A stretch of 32,000 nucleotides of DNA, from assembly GCA_963666825.2 (NCBI GenBank), contig OY763044.2, forward strand, positions 1,047,221 through 1,079,220, given 5' to 3'. Every line of letters starts with the position of its first letter. Positions within the stretch are counted from its first letter, which is position 1. A program made the position numbers and the translations under genes. This document shows positions 1 through 9,454 of the stretch, piece after piece. The notes beneath the pieces were generated by a model. It made no database searches, had not been told where the DNA came from, and saw only the letters and a program-made list of their open reading frames with translations. Source of the stretch: an uncultured Saccharicrinis sp. GTDB lineage: Bacteria; Bacteroidota; Bacteroidia; Bacteroidales; Marinilabiliaceae.

Positions 1-1001
1 CAGATATTGCCTTGCTTAAAATAGAAGAAGATGGTTTAAGCTACCTAAATTATGGTAATTCTGATAATTTAAAAATTGGAGAATGGGTATTGGCAGTAGG
101 TAATCCTTTTAATCTAACTTCAACTGTAACTGCCGGTATTGTAAGTGCAAAATCCAGAAGTATAAATATTATTAGAAATAATAATCAACCAATGGGTATT
201 GAATCATTTATTCAAACAGATGCGGCTGTAAATCCAGGTAATAGTGGAGGCGCATTGGTTAATACATATGGAGATTTGGTAGGTATTAATACTGCTATTG
301 CTTCTAAAACAGGTTCGTATGCTGGTTATTCGTTTGCGGTGCCAGTAAGTATAATTCAAAAAGTTGTAGGTGATTTAAAAGAATTTGGTGAAGTACAAAG
401 AGCATTCATTGGAGTACAAATCAGAGGGGTGGATTCTGAACTTGCTAAAGAGCTTGACATTGATAAAGTAGAAGGTGTTTATGTTGACGCTGTAACTGTT
501 AACGGAGGAGCATATAAGGCTGGAATTGAGAAAGGTGATATTATTTTAAGTATAGATGGAATAAAAGTTAATACTAATTCTGAGCTAATAGAACAGGTTA
601 GTAAACATCGTCCTGGAGATAAAGTGAATTTATTTGTAAAAAGAGATGGAAAAAGTAAACAATTTACCGTAATTTTACGTAATAGTTACGGTTCAACTGA
701 ATTAGTTAAAGATAAAAAGGGAATATCAGATTTGTTAGGAGCTGAACTTAGAGAACTAACAGATAGTGAGAAAGAGAAATTAGGTGTTGGTTATGGTATG
801 AAAATTGTTGAACTAAACGGAGGTAAACTAAAGCAAAGTGGTATAAATGAAGGGTTTATAATTTTAAAGGCAAACAGGGTTCCTATTAAAACTATATCAG
901 ACTTAAAAAATGTAATCGCTACCACTGATGGAGGATTGTTTATCACCGGAGTATATCCAAATGGACAAGTTGCTTATTATGCTATTAATCTTGAAGATTA
1001 A
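1..1001 (+). CDS. htrA: HtrA/DegP-family periplasmic serine endoprotease, C-terminal ~330 codons (5' end lies outside the window)
   Basis: The frame is open to the window edge. From nt 3 it reads DIALLKIE, the catalytic-Asp motif of HtrA proteases. GNSGGAL is the catalytic-Ser motif. Two PDZ-like segments follow (GVYVDAVTVNGGAYKAGIEKGDIILSIDG and MKIVELNGGKLKQSGINEGFIILKANR). Confidence 0.9.
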   Translation, partial: DIALLKIEEDGLSYLNYGNSDNLKIGEWVLAVGNPFNLTSTVTAGIVSAKSRSINIIRNNNQPMGIESFIQTDAAVNPGNSGGALVNTYGDLVGINTAIASKTGSYAGYSFAVPVSIIQKVVGDLKEFGEVQRAFIGVQIRGVDSELAKELDIDKVEGVYVDAVTVNGGAYKAGIEKGDIILSIDGIKVNTNSELIEQVSKHRPGDKVNLFVKRDGKSKQFTVILRNSYGSTELVKDKKGISDLLGAELRELTDSEKEKLGVGYGMKIVELNGGKLKQSGINEGFIILKANRVPIKTISDLKNVIATTDGGLFITGVYPNGQVAYYAINLED

Positions 1002-1061
1002 TAAATAAAATTAATTTGTCTCAATGTATAATAAATTGTTGGATATTTTGTTTTAAAAGTA

Positions 1062-1069
1062 TAATTTTG
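1062..1069 (+). promoter_or_regulatory. candidate Bacteroidota -7 promoter box (TAATTTTG, consensus TAnnTTTG) for rpoD
   Basis: Exact match to TAnnTTTG, 24 nt upstream of the rpoD ATG. No well-spaced -33 TTTG was seen. Confidence 0.35.
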
Positions 1070-1092
1070 CGCCACATTTTGCATATTGGAAT

Positions 1093-1953
1093 ATGAGACA
1101 ACTTAAAATAACAAAATCAATTACAAATCGCGAGAGTGCTTCCTTAGATAAGTATTTACAGGAAATAGGTCGTGAAGAATTGATATCTGTAGAAGAAGAA
1201 GTAGAATTAGCTCAAAGGATCAAAAAAGGTGATCAAGTTGCTTTGGAAAAGCTAACAAGAGCAAACTTAAGATTCGTAGTTTCTGTAGCAAAGCAATATC
1301 AAAATCAAGGACTTAGTCTTCCTGACTTAATTAACGAAGGAAACCTAGGGTTGATTAAAGCTGCAGAGAAGTTTGATGAGACGAGGGGATTTAAGTTTAT
1401 CTCTTATGCAGTATGGTGGATTCGTCAGTCTATTTTACAGGCATTAGCAGAGCAATCAAGAATTGTTAGATTACCATTAAATCAGGTTGGATCGTTAAAT
1501 AAAATTAACAAAGCTTATTCTAAGTTCGAGCAGGAAAATGAACGTAAGCCATCTCCTGAAGAATTAGCTGATCAATTAGAATTACCTGTTGATAAAGTTG
1601 CTGATACTTTAAGAGTTTCTGGACGTCACATTTCTGTTGATGCACCTTTTGTTGAAGGTGAAGACAATAGTTTATTAGATGTTCTTGTTAATGGGGATTC
1701 TCCAAATGCTGATAAAACTTTAATTAATGAGTCTTTAGCTCGTGAAATTGAAAGAGCATTGGCTACATTAACTGAAAGAGAATCTGATATTATTAAGCTA
1801 TTCTTTGGTATTCAAACTCAGGAAATGACACTTGAAGAGATTGGAGAAAGATTTGGATTAACCAGAGAAAGGGTAAGACAAATTAAAGAAAAAGCAATTA
1901 GAAGATTAAGACATACTTCAAGAAGTAAGTTATTGAAATCTTATTTAGGATAA
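1093..1953 (+). CDS. rpoD: primary RNA polymerase sigma factor (sigma-70 family, Bacteroidota short form without region 1.1)
   Basis: Region 2 motifs are present ([28 protein letters not shown]). Region 4.2 HTH is [28 protein letters not shown]. The 286-aa length is typical of Bacteroidota sigma-A. Confidence 0.95.
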   Translation: MRQLKITKSITNRESASLDKYLQEIGREELISVEEEVELAQRIKKGDQVALEKLTRANLRFVVSVAKQYQNQGLSLPDLINEGNLGLIKAAEKFDETRGFKFISYAVWWIRQSILQALAEQSRIVRLPLNQVGSLNKINKAYSKFEQENERKPSPEELADQLELPVDKVADTLRVSGRHISVDAPFVEGEDNSLLDVLVNGDSPNADKTLINESLAREIERALATLTERESDIIKLFFGIQTQEMTLEEIGERFGLTRERVRQIKEKAIRRLRHTSRSKLLKSYLG

Positions 1954-1976
1954 TTGTTTTAAGATATTTGATTAAA

Positions 1977-2006
1977 GGGGCTATCATAAACGATAGCCCC
2001 TTTTTT
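1977..2006 (+). terminator. rho-independent terminator after rpoD
   Basis: GGGGCTATC / GATAGCCCC 9-bp stem with a 6-nt loop, followed by TTTTTT. Confidence 0.8.
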
Positions 2007-2307
2007 GTATTTGCTTCTATAGATTTATTTCAAATTAGCATTCATATGCGAATTGTATTAATGAATTGATTAATTTTAAGCTGTAAATATTAGAATTCGT
2101 AATGATGCGTTATTTTATTTCTTCAAATCTTAATAAGTCAGGTAAAGGACTCTTTGAGTGCTGGATTTGTTGATATAAAATCTTTCCATTATAAGAATTG
2201 CATAATCTACTTCAATAAATGCAATTGTTCTATTCCTAAGTTTTAATAATACTATTGATGTGACTTTGTAATGATTGTCATAATAGTATATATGAATAAT
2301 TTTTCAT

Positions 2308-3108
2308 ATGGTTGGTAAAGTATTTGATATAAAGCGTTTTGCATTAAATGATGGGCCTGGCATAAGAACTACTGTCTTTTTTAAAGGATGTCCTCTTAAT
2401 TGTATATGGTGCCATAATCCGGAAAGTATCTCTCCTGAGGTTGAGGAATATGATCAAGAGCGTATACTTGATGGTAAAAGATATACTTACAAACAAAAAA
2501 TAGGAAAACTGCTTACCGTTTCTGAATTAGAATCTGAAATATTAAAAGATATACATTTCTATAATCAAAGTGGTGGTGGTGTTACATTCTCTGGAGGAGA
2601 GCCTTTATTTCAATGTGATTTTTTAATTGAAGAAATAAAAGCTTGTAAGAAAAACGGATTACATGTAACTATAGATACTACCGGATTGTGTAAAACAGAA
2701 AAGTTAGATGAAATCAATAGATATACTGATTTGTTTTTATATGATATAAAGTTTGTTAGTTCTGAGTTACATTTAGAATATACAGGAGTTAACAATCATC
2801 TTATTATTGATAATCTTGATTATTTATTAAGTAAAAATGCTAATATAATAATTAGAGTTCCTGTAATTCCAGGTGTTAATGATACTCCACAATGTATATC
2901 GGATTTAAAACTGTTTATAAAGGACAGATCACATCAAATTAAAGAATTGCATTTTCTGCCATTTCATAATATCGGATCATCTAAGTATGACAGATTTAAA
3001 AAAGACTATAGATTGAGAGGATTAAAAAGTCAAAGTGAAAATGATTTAATTTATCTAAAAGAAGATTTTAAATTATTAGGCATTAAAATACAAATTGGTG
3101 GTATTTAA
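2308..3108 (+). CDS. glycyl-radical enzyme activating enzyme (radical SAM, PflA-like short form)
   Basis: N-terminal FDIKRFALNDGPGIRTTVFFKGCPLNCIWCHNPE contains the CX3CX2C radical-SAM cluster motif. GGGVTFSGGEP is the SAM-binding motif. The gene lies 24 nt upstream of a glycyl-radical enzyme. Confidence 0.9.
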   Translation: MVGKVFDIKRFALNDGPGIRTTVFFKGCPLNCIWCHNPESISPEVEEYDQERILDGKRYTYKQKIGKLLTVSELESEILKDIHFYNQSGGGVTFSGGEPLFQCDFLIEEIKACKKNGLHVTIDTTGLCKTEKLDEINRYTDLFLYDIKFVSSELHLEYTGVNNHLIIDNLDYLLSKNANIIIRVPVIPGVNDTPQCISDLKLFIKDRSHQIKELHFLPFHNIGSSKYDRFKKDYRLRGLKSQSENDLIYLKEDFKLLGIKIQIGGI

Positions 3109-3132
3109 TATACTGCCTTAAATATTGTACGT

Positions 3133-5496
3133 ATGAATCAAAGAATACAAAAACTTCGTCAGCAAAGTTTACAAGCAATAAATACAATGTCTGTAGAAAG
3201 AGCTCGTTTGGTTACCGACTTCTATAAAAGTATTGAAGGATTAAATTATTCAGTGCCTGAAACAAGAGCACTTTCGTTTAAATATATATTAGAGCATAAA
3301 AAATTATGTGTAAATGAAGGAGAATTAATTGTTGGTGAAAGAGGTCCTGAACCAAAAGCTACTCCTACCTATCCTGAGGTTTCATTACATTCTTTAGATG
3401 ACTTACAAATTCTGGATCAGAGAGAAAAAGTAAGCTTTAAAGTTGATGAAGAAACCCGACAGTTATATGATTCTACAATAATTCCTTTCTGGGAAGGAAA
3501 AAGTAACAGAGATAAGATTATGGCCAGAATGACTCCTGAATGGCATGAGTCATACAAGGCTGGTATTTTTACTGAATTCCAGGAACAACGTGCTCCTGGG
3601 CATACTGTTTTGGGTGATAAGATATATCATAAAGGCATAAATGATATTATTAATGACATTCAATTAGTTAAAGAAAAATTAGATCAAGATTCTGATTCTT
3701 TAAATAAATCAAAGTTAGATGAGCTCAATGCAATGGAAATTGCAGCAAAAGCAATTGTAATGTATGCTTATCGAAATGCAGAATACTTGAAGGAGTTGGC
3801 AAGTGTAGAGATAGATGAAATAAGAAAGGCAGAATTAATGGAAATGGCTCAGGTTTGTATGAATGTTCCTGCAAATGCTCCACAAACATTTCATGAGGCT
3901 CTTCAATATTACTGGTTTGTTCATATTGGTGTTATAGCGGAAGTAAATCCATGGGATTCGTTTAATCCAGGAAGGTTAGATCAACATCTGTATCCATTTT
4001 ATATTAATGATTTAAAAAAGGGTAAATTAACAAAAGAGCGGGCAAAAGAACTATTAATGTCTTTCTGGGTTAAATTTAATAATCAACCAGCACCTCCTAA
4101 GAATGGTGTTACCGCTAAAGAAAGTAATACTTATACCGATTTTGCATTAATAAATTTAGGTGGTGTAAAAGCCGATGGTTCTGATGCTGTTAATGAACTA
4201 TCCTTTTTGATTTTAGATGTAATTGAGGAGATGAGACTGCTTCAGCCTAGTTCAATGGTTCAGATTAGTAAGGAAAATCCTGATGAATTTATTCACAGGA
4301 CATTACATATTACAAAGACTGGATTTGGACAGCCTTCTTATTTTAATACAGATGCTATAGTACAAGAGTTGGTTAATCAAGGTAAGGATATTGTTGATGC
4401 TCGTAATGGTGGTGCCAGTGGATGTGTTGAGTCTGGTGCATTTGGAACTGAGGCTTATTGGCTGACAGGTTATTTTAATATTCCAAAGGTTTTAGAAATT
4501 ACTTTGCATAATGGAATTGATCCTAAATCAGGTAAAAAATTAGGACTGGAAACAGGAGCATTAGATACTTTGGGTACTTATGAAAAATTATTGGATGCTT
4601 TTGAAAAACAATTGAATTATTTCTTAGATATCAAGATCGAAGGAAATAGAAGAATTGAAAATCTAATAATGAATGAATTACCAGTACCTTTCTTAAGTTT
4701 ATTTATAGAGGACTGTATAGGTAATGCTCAAGATTATAATGCAGGAGGAGCAAGATATAATACAAGTTATATTCAGGGTGTTGGTTTAGGTAGTATTACA
4801 GATTCATTAACATCAATACAATACCATGTTTATGATCAAAAAAACATTACACTGGATGAGTTGGTAAAAGCAACTGATTGTAATTTTAAGGGGTATGAAG
4901 AGTTGCGATATAACCTCATTTTTGAAACACCAAAATTTGGAAATGATGATGCCTATGCTGATTCTAATGCTGAAAAAGTATTTGAAATGTACTATGATGC
5001 TATAAATGGTAAGGAAAATTCAAGAGGAGGTACATTTAGAGTGAATCTTTTACCTACCACTTGTCATGTGTATTTTGGACAGGTTATGCAGGCTTCTGTA
5101 GATGGCCGTAAGGATGGAGAGCCTCTTTCAGAAGGTATTTCTCCAGTTCAGGGTGCTGATAAAAACGGACCTACAGCTGTTATAAATTCAATGTTGAAAA
5201 TAGATCATACAAGGACTGGAGGAACTCTTTTAAACCAGAAGTTTCTTCCTCAGTTTTTTGAAACAGAAGGTGGGATTATTAAACTTACTCATTTAATAAG
5301 AACTTACTTTAATCAATTAGGTCATCATATTCAGTTTAATGTCGTAGATGCAGATACATTAAGGGATGCTCAAAAACATCCTGAAAAATACCAGGATTTA
5401 ATTGTAAGGGTTGCTGGTTACAGTGATTATTTTAATGACTTGACAATAGAGTTACAAGAGGAGATCATTAAACGTACTGCTCAGTGTAATTTATAA
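3133..5496 (+). CDS. hypD: glycyl radical enzyme, dehydratase (PFL2) class; most likely trans-4-hydroxy-L-proline dehydratase (HypD type)
   Basis: C-terminal glycyl-radical motif RVAGYSDYF (G762). Thiyl loop GCVE (C431, E433). F149, H157, D275, S331, F337, Y447 and T642 are each identical to, and at a constant -3 offset from, the C. difficile HypD active-site residues as I recall them (F152, H160, D278, S334, F340, Y450, T645; C434/E436/G765). GRE membership is near certain; substrate assignment is less so. Confidence 0.75.
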   Translation: MNQRIQKLRQQSLQAINTMSVERARLVTDFYKSIEGLNYSVPETRALSFKYILEHKKLCVNEGELIVGERGPEPKATPTYPEVSLHSLDDLQILDQREKVSFKVDEETRQLYDSTIIPFWEGKSNRDKIMARMTPEWHESYKAGIFTEFQEQRAPGHTVLGDKIYHKGINDIINDIQLVKEKLDQDSDSLNKSKLDELNAMEIAAKAIVMYAYRNAEYLKELASVEIDEIRKAELMEMAQVCMNVPANAPQTFHEALQYYWFVHIGVIAEVNPWDSFNPGRLDQHLYPFYINDLKKGKLTKERAKELLMSFWVKFNNQPAPPKNGVTAKESNTYTDFALINLGGVKADGSDAVNELSFLILDVIEEMRLLQPSSMVQISKENPDEFIHRTLHITKTGFGQPSYFNTDAIVQELVNQGKDIVDARNGGASGCVESGAFGTEAYWLTGYFNIPKVLEITLHNGIDPKSGKKLGLETGALDTLGTYEKLLDAFEKQLNYFLDIKIEGNRRIENLIMNELPVPFLSLFIEDCIGNAQDYNAGGARYNTSYIQGVGLGSITDSLTSIQYHVYDQKNITLDELVKATDCNFKGYEELRYNLIFETPKFGNDDAYADSNAEKVFEMYYDAINGKENSRGGTFRVNLLPTTCHVYFGQVMQASVDGRKDGEPLSEGISPVQGADKNGPTAVINSMLKIDHTRTGGTLLNQKFLPQFFETEGGIIKLTHLIRTYFNQLGHHIQFNVVDADTLRDAQKHPEKYQDLIVRVAGYSDYFNDLTIELQEEIIKRTAQCNL

Positions 5497-5513
5497 TTTT
5501 AAGATTAGATAAA

Positions 5514-6788
5514 ATGAAGATTAGTAGTGTAGTTATTATATTCTTAATTTGCTTTTCAAGCATTGTTGCTGCTCAGGACGAAATACTAAAAGAGCTCCAA
5601 AGTTATAATCGATTACAAATTGAAAAGATTAAAACATTCGCCGGTTATAAAGAGTCTTTTTTAATTATGATGACTCAACCTTTGGATCATGAAAAACCAG
5701 AATTGGGCACCTTTACTCAACGAATTTGGTTGAATCATTTGGATGAGAAAGCTCCGATGGTAATGGTAACAGAAGGTTATTCCGCACCTAAGAATTATCA
5801 AACAGAGATAGCAAAAGAATTAAATGCAAATCAGATTATTGTTGAGCATAGATATTTTTTGGAATCAACTCCTAATCCTAAAGACTGGAAATATCTTACC
5901 GTAAAAAATGCAGCTGCAGATCATCATGATATTATTAAATTATTTAAAAATATTTATAAAGGAACGTGGCTTACAACAGGTATAAGTAAAGGAGGTCAAA
6001 CTACTCTTTTTCATAGAGCTTTTTATCCAAAAGATGTCGATGTTTCTGTTCCATATGTTGCACCTATTAATTTTTACAAAGAAGATACTAGGCTTCTTGA
6101 CTTTTTTAAGCAGGTAGGCACAAAAGAGGATAGAGACAAAATACATCAGTTTCAGCAATTGGTTTTAAAACGTAAGAAGGAATTGTTGCCTTTGTTTATA
6201 GATTATTGTGATAAGAATGGTTTATCTTTTTCAATGGGATATGAAAAAGCTTATGAATTAGCTGTATTAGAGTATCCATTTGCTTTTTGGCAATGGGGAA
6301 ATCCTGTAAGTGAGATTCCTACAGAAGGAGAATCTGATGATTTGATAATGGCTCATTTTATAAAAGGAGCAAGTCCTGATTATTTTGCCGACCAGGTAAT
6401 GAAACAATATGAGTCTTTCTTTTATCAGGCATATAAAGAATTAGGCTATTATAATTATGTACCCGGAGATTTAAAGCCATTAATGAATTGTGTAAAACAA
6501 GATACTATTTCAAATTGTGTTTTTGCACCCGGTGGTGATACATTGTCTTATAATAGAAATACAATGGCTGAGGTCAATAATCAGCTCCATAAGAAAAATC
6601 CTCGAATGGTTTTAATTTGTGGAGAATATGATCCCTGGGGGGCAACTTCTCTAGATGTTACAGGAATGAGTCATTCTCTTAAGATTATAAAGCCAAAGGG
6701 ATCTCATAAAGCAAGAATTAATAATTTACCTATAGAAACAAAAGAGGAAGTTTGGAGGCTGTTAAAAAAATGGATGAAAGTAGATTGA
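5514..6788 (+). CDS. secreted alpha/beta-hydrolase serine peptidase, S28/S37-like (prolyl-type peptidase family)
   Basis: Signal peptide MKISSVVIIFLICFSSIVAAQ. The family-typical N-terminal block QPLDHEKPELGTFTQRIWLNH is present. Nucleophile elbow GISKGG (GxSxG). The gene starts 17 nt after the GRE stop, so it is probably co-transcribed. Confidence 0.65.
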   Translation: MKISSVVIIFLICFSSIVAAQDEILKELQSYNRLQIEKIKTFAGYKESFLIMMTQPLDHEKPELGTFTQRIWLNHLDEKAPMVMVTEGYSAPKNYQTEIAKELNANQIIVEHRYFLESTPNPKDWKYLTVKNAAADHHDIIKLFKNIYKGTWLTTGISKGGQTTLFHRAFYPKDVDVSVPYVAPINFYKEDTRLLDFFKQVGTKEDRDKIHQFQQLVLKRKKELLPLFIDYCDKNGLSFSMGYEKAYELAVLEYPFAFWQWGNPVSEIPTEGESDDLIMAHFIKGASPDYFADQVMKQYESFFYQAYKELGYYNYVPGDLKPLMNCVKQDTISNCVFAPGGDTLSYNRNTMAEVNNQLHKKNPRMVLICGEYDPWGATSLDVTGMSHSLKIIKPKGSHKARINNLPIETKEEVWRLLKKWMKVD

Positions 6789-6817
6789 TACGTATATAGC
6801 TTTTTTAAATAAGATAT

Positions 6818-6853
6818 AAACGCTGCCATTATTTTAATGAGCAGCGTTTTTTT
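6818..6853 (+). terminator. rho-independent terminator ending the activase-GRE-peptidase operon
   Basis: AAACGCTGC / GCAGCGTTT 9-bp stem with a 14-nt loop, followed by a T7 run. Confidence 0.75.
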
Positions 6854-6961
6854 ATGTATAAAAACATGTTAAAAAACATTAATAAAAGTATTAAAGTGTA
6901 TAAAATTAATTATAACTTACACTAGTAAAACGGTAGGATAAGTAGTTTAAAATAAAAAATT

Positions 6962-7537
6962 ATGAAGAGTAAAATGAAATTGTATTTTTTTATTGGATTG
7001 TTTATCAGTGTTATAAACATTTCTTTAAGAGCACAGGTTGCTTTGACCTTAAAAAGTAATGAAAGTGTATTGAGTGTCGAAGGAACCTCTACTCTACATG
7101 ACTGGGAAATGAATGTTGAACAGATGGAGGGAAACATACTTATTTCCAGCATTGATAAAATAGAATCTATTCAACAGGGGGGAGAGATCTCTTTTAAGGT
7201 AAAATCTTTAGTAAGTGAACATAGTCTTATGAATAAAAAAGCATACAGTGCTTTAAACGAAGATAAGTATCCAATTATTAAGGGTAGAATTATAAGAGTG
7301 TTTTCTGTAGCTGGTGTACAAAAGGTTGAATTGGAATTAAGCACTGCCGGAGTGACTAAAGTTATCACCTCAAACTTTAAAAGCTCAAGATTGAATAATA
7401 ATCAAATTAAAGTAAATGGATATTTCGATTTTAAACTTACCGATTTTGATATTGATCCACCTGTAGCATTAATGGGAACCATAAAAACGGGAGATGCTGT
7501 TAAAGTAAAATATTCTCTTGTGTTTGAAGTAGAATAA
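6962..7537 (+). CDS. YceI-like periplasmic/secreted lipid (polyisoprenoid)-binding family protein
   Basis: Signal peptide present. It has a YceI-like SVLSVEGTSTLHDWEMNVEQMEGNI block and a C-terminal KLTDFDIDPPVALMGTIKTGDAVKVKYSLVF block. Family placement is by eye only. Confidence 0.6.
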   Translation: MKSKMKLYFFIGLFISVINISLRAQVALTLKSNESVLSVEGTSTLHDWEMNVEQMEGNILISSIDKIESIQQGGEISFKVKSLVSEHSLMNKKAYSALNEDKYPIIKGRIIRVFSVAGVQKVELELSTAGVTKVITSNFKSSRLNNNQIKVNGYFDFKLTDFDIDPPVALMGTIKTGDAVKVKYSLVFEVE

Positions 7538-7576
7538 TCAATAGAGTCAGCTTGTTAATAAACTAAAATTTGAATT

Positions 7577-8758
7577 ATGAAAAAAATCGTATTTTTATTA
7601 GCGTTATTTGTAAGTGTATTTACATTGCATGCTCAAAAATTTGAGTCTGAAAAATTTAATCATGAAGACTTTAAAGATGTTAAAGTGCGTGTAGGTGGTG
7701 CCTATGCTATTCAGCTACAGGCTATCGAACACGAGTTGGCAAGTTCTTCAACTGAAACTTTAAAAGATATTAAAAATAACTTTAATCTTCCTACCGCCAA
7801 TTTATCATTAAATGTTGATTTAGCTCCGGGAGTTCACTTATATGTTAACAATTATATGTCATCAAGACATCATGAGGAAGCTTGGGTTGAGGGAGGTTAT
7901 ATTACCTTTGATTACCTTCCATTCCTTCCATCTGCAGAAAATATAATGAAGTATTTAACGGTTAGAGTAGGGGTAATGAATCCTAACTATGGGGATGCTC
8001 ATTTCTACAGAAGTACTAATGGTTATGTAGTAAATAATCCTTTTGTGGGAAACTTTATTATGGATAATTATACTACTAATCCTGGTATGGAATTTCTATT
8101 TCGTAAAGATGGGATCATTGGCCTGGTTGCAGTTAATAATGGTCGTATGAACTATGGTAGAGGTAATAATATTGATCAGGATCTTGTATTTAACTGGAAA
8201 GCCGGTATTGATAAACAATTAAATGATGATTTAAGATTAAGAGCAACTATATCTGGTTTTCATGTTGGCGAAGGACATAGTGGTGTTTATTTGTGGGATG
8301 GAGATAGAGCTGGTGCAAGATATTACAATGTGATGCAATTAGATGGAGCAGATGATAATTTCAGATCAGGAAGATGGAGTCCAGGTAGTGGGCAAACTGA
8401 AATGAATACATATATGTTCAACCTATTTGCCAAATATAAAGGTCTTGAATTGTTTACAGTACTTGAAAATATGAAAGGTGTTAAAGGTGGAGCAGATCAA
8501 CATTTTACACAAATAGCTATTCAATTATTATACAGAACTGGAAGTGTTTATTTAGGAGGTAGATATAATAAGGTATCTAATAACGAAGATGACGAATCGA
8601 CTGTTGATCGAATAAACCTCGGTGGAGGATGGTTCATGACTTCTAATATTGTTTTTAAATTGGATTATGTAATTCAAAATTATGATGGTCCGGCTCATGG
8701 ATATGCTGATGGTGGTGGTTTTGACGGTTTTGTTATAGAAGCTGCAATTGCATTCTAA
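7577..8758 (+). CDS. outer-membrane beta-barrel (porin-like) protein, function unknown
   Basis: Signal peptide MKKIVFLLALFVSVFTLHAQ. The sequence is Gly/Tyr/Asn-rich with alternating beta-strand patterning and ends in a C-terminal aromatic (…EAAIAF), as in OMPs. Confidence 0.6.
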   Translation: MKKIVFLLALFVSVFTLHAQKFESEKFNHEDFKDVKVRVGGAYAIQLQAIEHELASSSTETLKDIKNNFNLPTANLSLNVDLAPGVHLYVNNYMSSRHHEEAWVEGGYITFDYLPFLPSAENIMKYLTVRVGVMNPNYGDAHFYRSTNGYVVNNPFVGNFIMDNYTTNPGMEFLFRKDGIIGLVAVNNGRMNYGRGNNIDQDLVFNWKAGIDKQLNDDLRLRATISGFHVGEGHSGVYLWDGDRAGARYYNVMQLDGADDNFRSGRWSPGSGQTEMNTYMFNLFAKYKGLELFTVLENMKGVKGGADQHFTQIAIQLLYRTGSVYLGGRYNKVSNNEDDESTVDRINLGGGWFMTSNIVFKLDYVIQNYDGPAHGYADGGGFDGFVIEAAIAF

Positions 8759-8772
8759 GAATTAATGAAGTA

Positions 8773-8803
8773 AACCTGATGGTAGGGTTTTAGCCATCAG
8801 GTT
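8773..8803 (+). terminator. intra-operon hairpin after the barrel gene (no adjacent T-tract; attenuator or mRNA-stabilising stem rather than a strong terminator)
   Basis: AACCTGATGG / CCATCAGGTT perfect 10-bp stem with an 11-nt loop, followed by ATACTCTTCTTT. Confidence 0.4.
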
Positions 8804-8859
8804 ATACTCTTCTTTAATAAGTATAAGAATTAGGATAGTGAAGAATAAGGAGCAATGTA

Positions 8860-9444
8860 ATGGACAGGCTAAAAATATTTATAAGATATATATGGCTAAT
8901 TTTGATAATGTGTTTTCCTTTTCAATGTACTAAAGCAAGTATTGGAGAAGGCGAATATTTATTTAGTTCAATCATTATCAAAGGAACAACCAATGTAAAT
9001 AAATTTTTAATTGAATATCATAATGATACATTTACACCTTTTTCTGTAAATAACACAAAAGAAGATTCTTTAATATTATCAATACCTGCTGAGAAATTTA
9101 CGGCTGAATCTAAGTTGATGCTTTCAGATTTTTTAGCATTAATCAATGCCTCAGAGTATCCTTATATTAATATTATTATCAGGGATAAATTGAATCGTGA
9201 TTTCTTTAATATTTCAAAAGGAGCCCAAAAGGAAATACTTGTTGGGGTCAATGGTGTAACTAATTCTTATTTTTGTAATACAGATTTACAAGAAACATTT
9301 CAAAATAAGTGGTACTTTTCTGGAGAATTAAATATTAAACTTTCAGATTTTAATATAGAGCCACCAGAAAAATTCTTTGGATTGGTTAAAGTAAAGGATA
9401 CGGTAAGTATTTCTTTTAAAATTCTGTTTGTTATAGAAAACTAA
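8860..9444 (+). CDS. divergent YceI-like paralogue
   Basis: The C-terminal block KLSDFNIEPPEKFFGLVKVKDTVSISFKILF aligns with KLTDFDIDPPVALMGTIKTGDAVKVKYSLVF of the 6962-7537 product. It has a hydrophobic N-terminus and a similar length (194 vs 191 aa). Confidence 0.5.
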   Translation: MDRLKIFIRYIWLILIMCFPFQCTKASIGEGEYLFSSIIIKGTTNVNKFLIEYHNDTFTPFSVNNTKEDSLILSIPAEKFTAESKLMLSDFLALINASEYPYINIIIRDKLNRDFFNISKGAQKEILVGVNGVTNSYFCNTDLQETFQNKWYFSGELNIKLSDFNIEPPEKFFGLVKVKDTVSISFKILFVIEN

Positions 9445-9454
9445 GGATGGGAAA

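Noticed and set aside
2170-2183. FNR/CRP-like box TTGATataaAATCT upstream of the anaerobic glycyl-radical operon
   Set aside because: Only the left half-site matches TTGAT-N4-ATCAA. The right half (AATCT/ATCTT) is at best 3/5. This is indistinguishable from chance in AT-rich DNA.
2610-2795. Short ORFs nested in or antisense to larger genes: 2610-2795, 5940-6158, 6922-7152, 7171-7368, 11476-11676, 17657-17938, 19728-19937, 21902-22093, 22431-22625, 23659-23961, 24334-24606, 25558-25749, 25711-25944, 25896-26141, 27219-27422, 27749-27949, 29607-29852
   Set aside because: Each lies entirely inside a long ORF that has clear family motifs. Their translations are low-complexity or hydrophobic with no recognisable motifs, as expected for chance ORFs in AT-rich sequence.
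6895-6923. AGTGTA…TACACT inverted repeat (with central AATTAATT) upstream of the first YceI-like gene, as a possible Rrf2 operator
   Set aside because: Only the 6-bp ends pair. The internal palindrome is off-centre by ~1.5 bp and the region is almost pure A/T. That is too weak to call without binding data or conservation.
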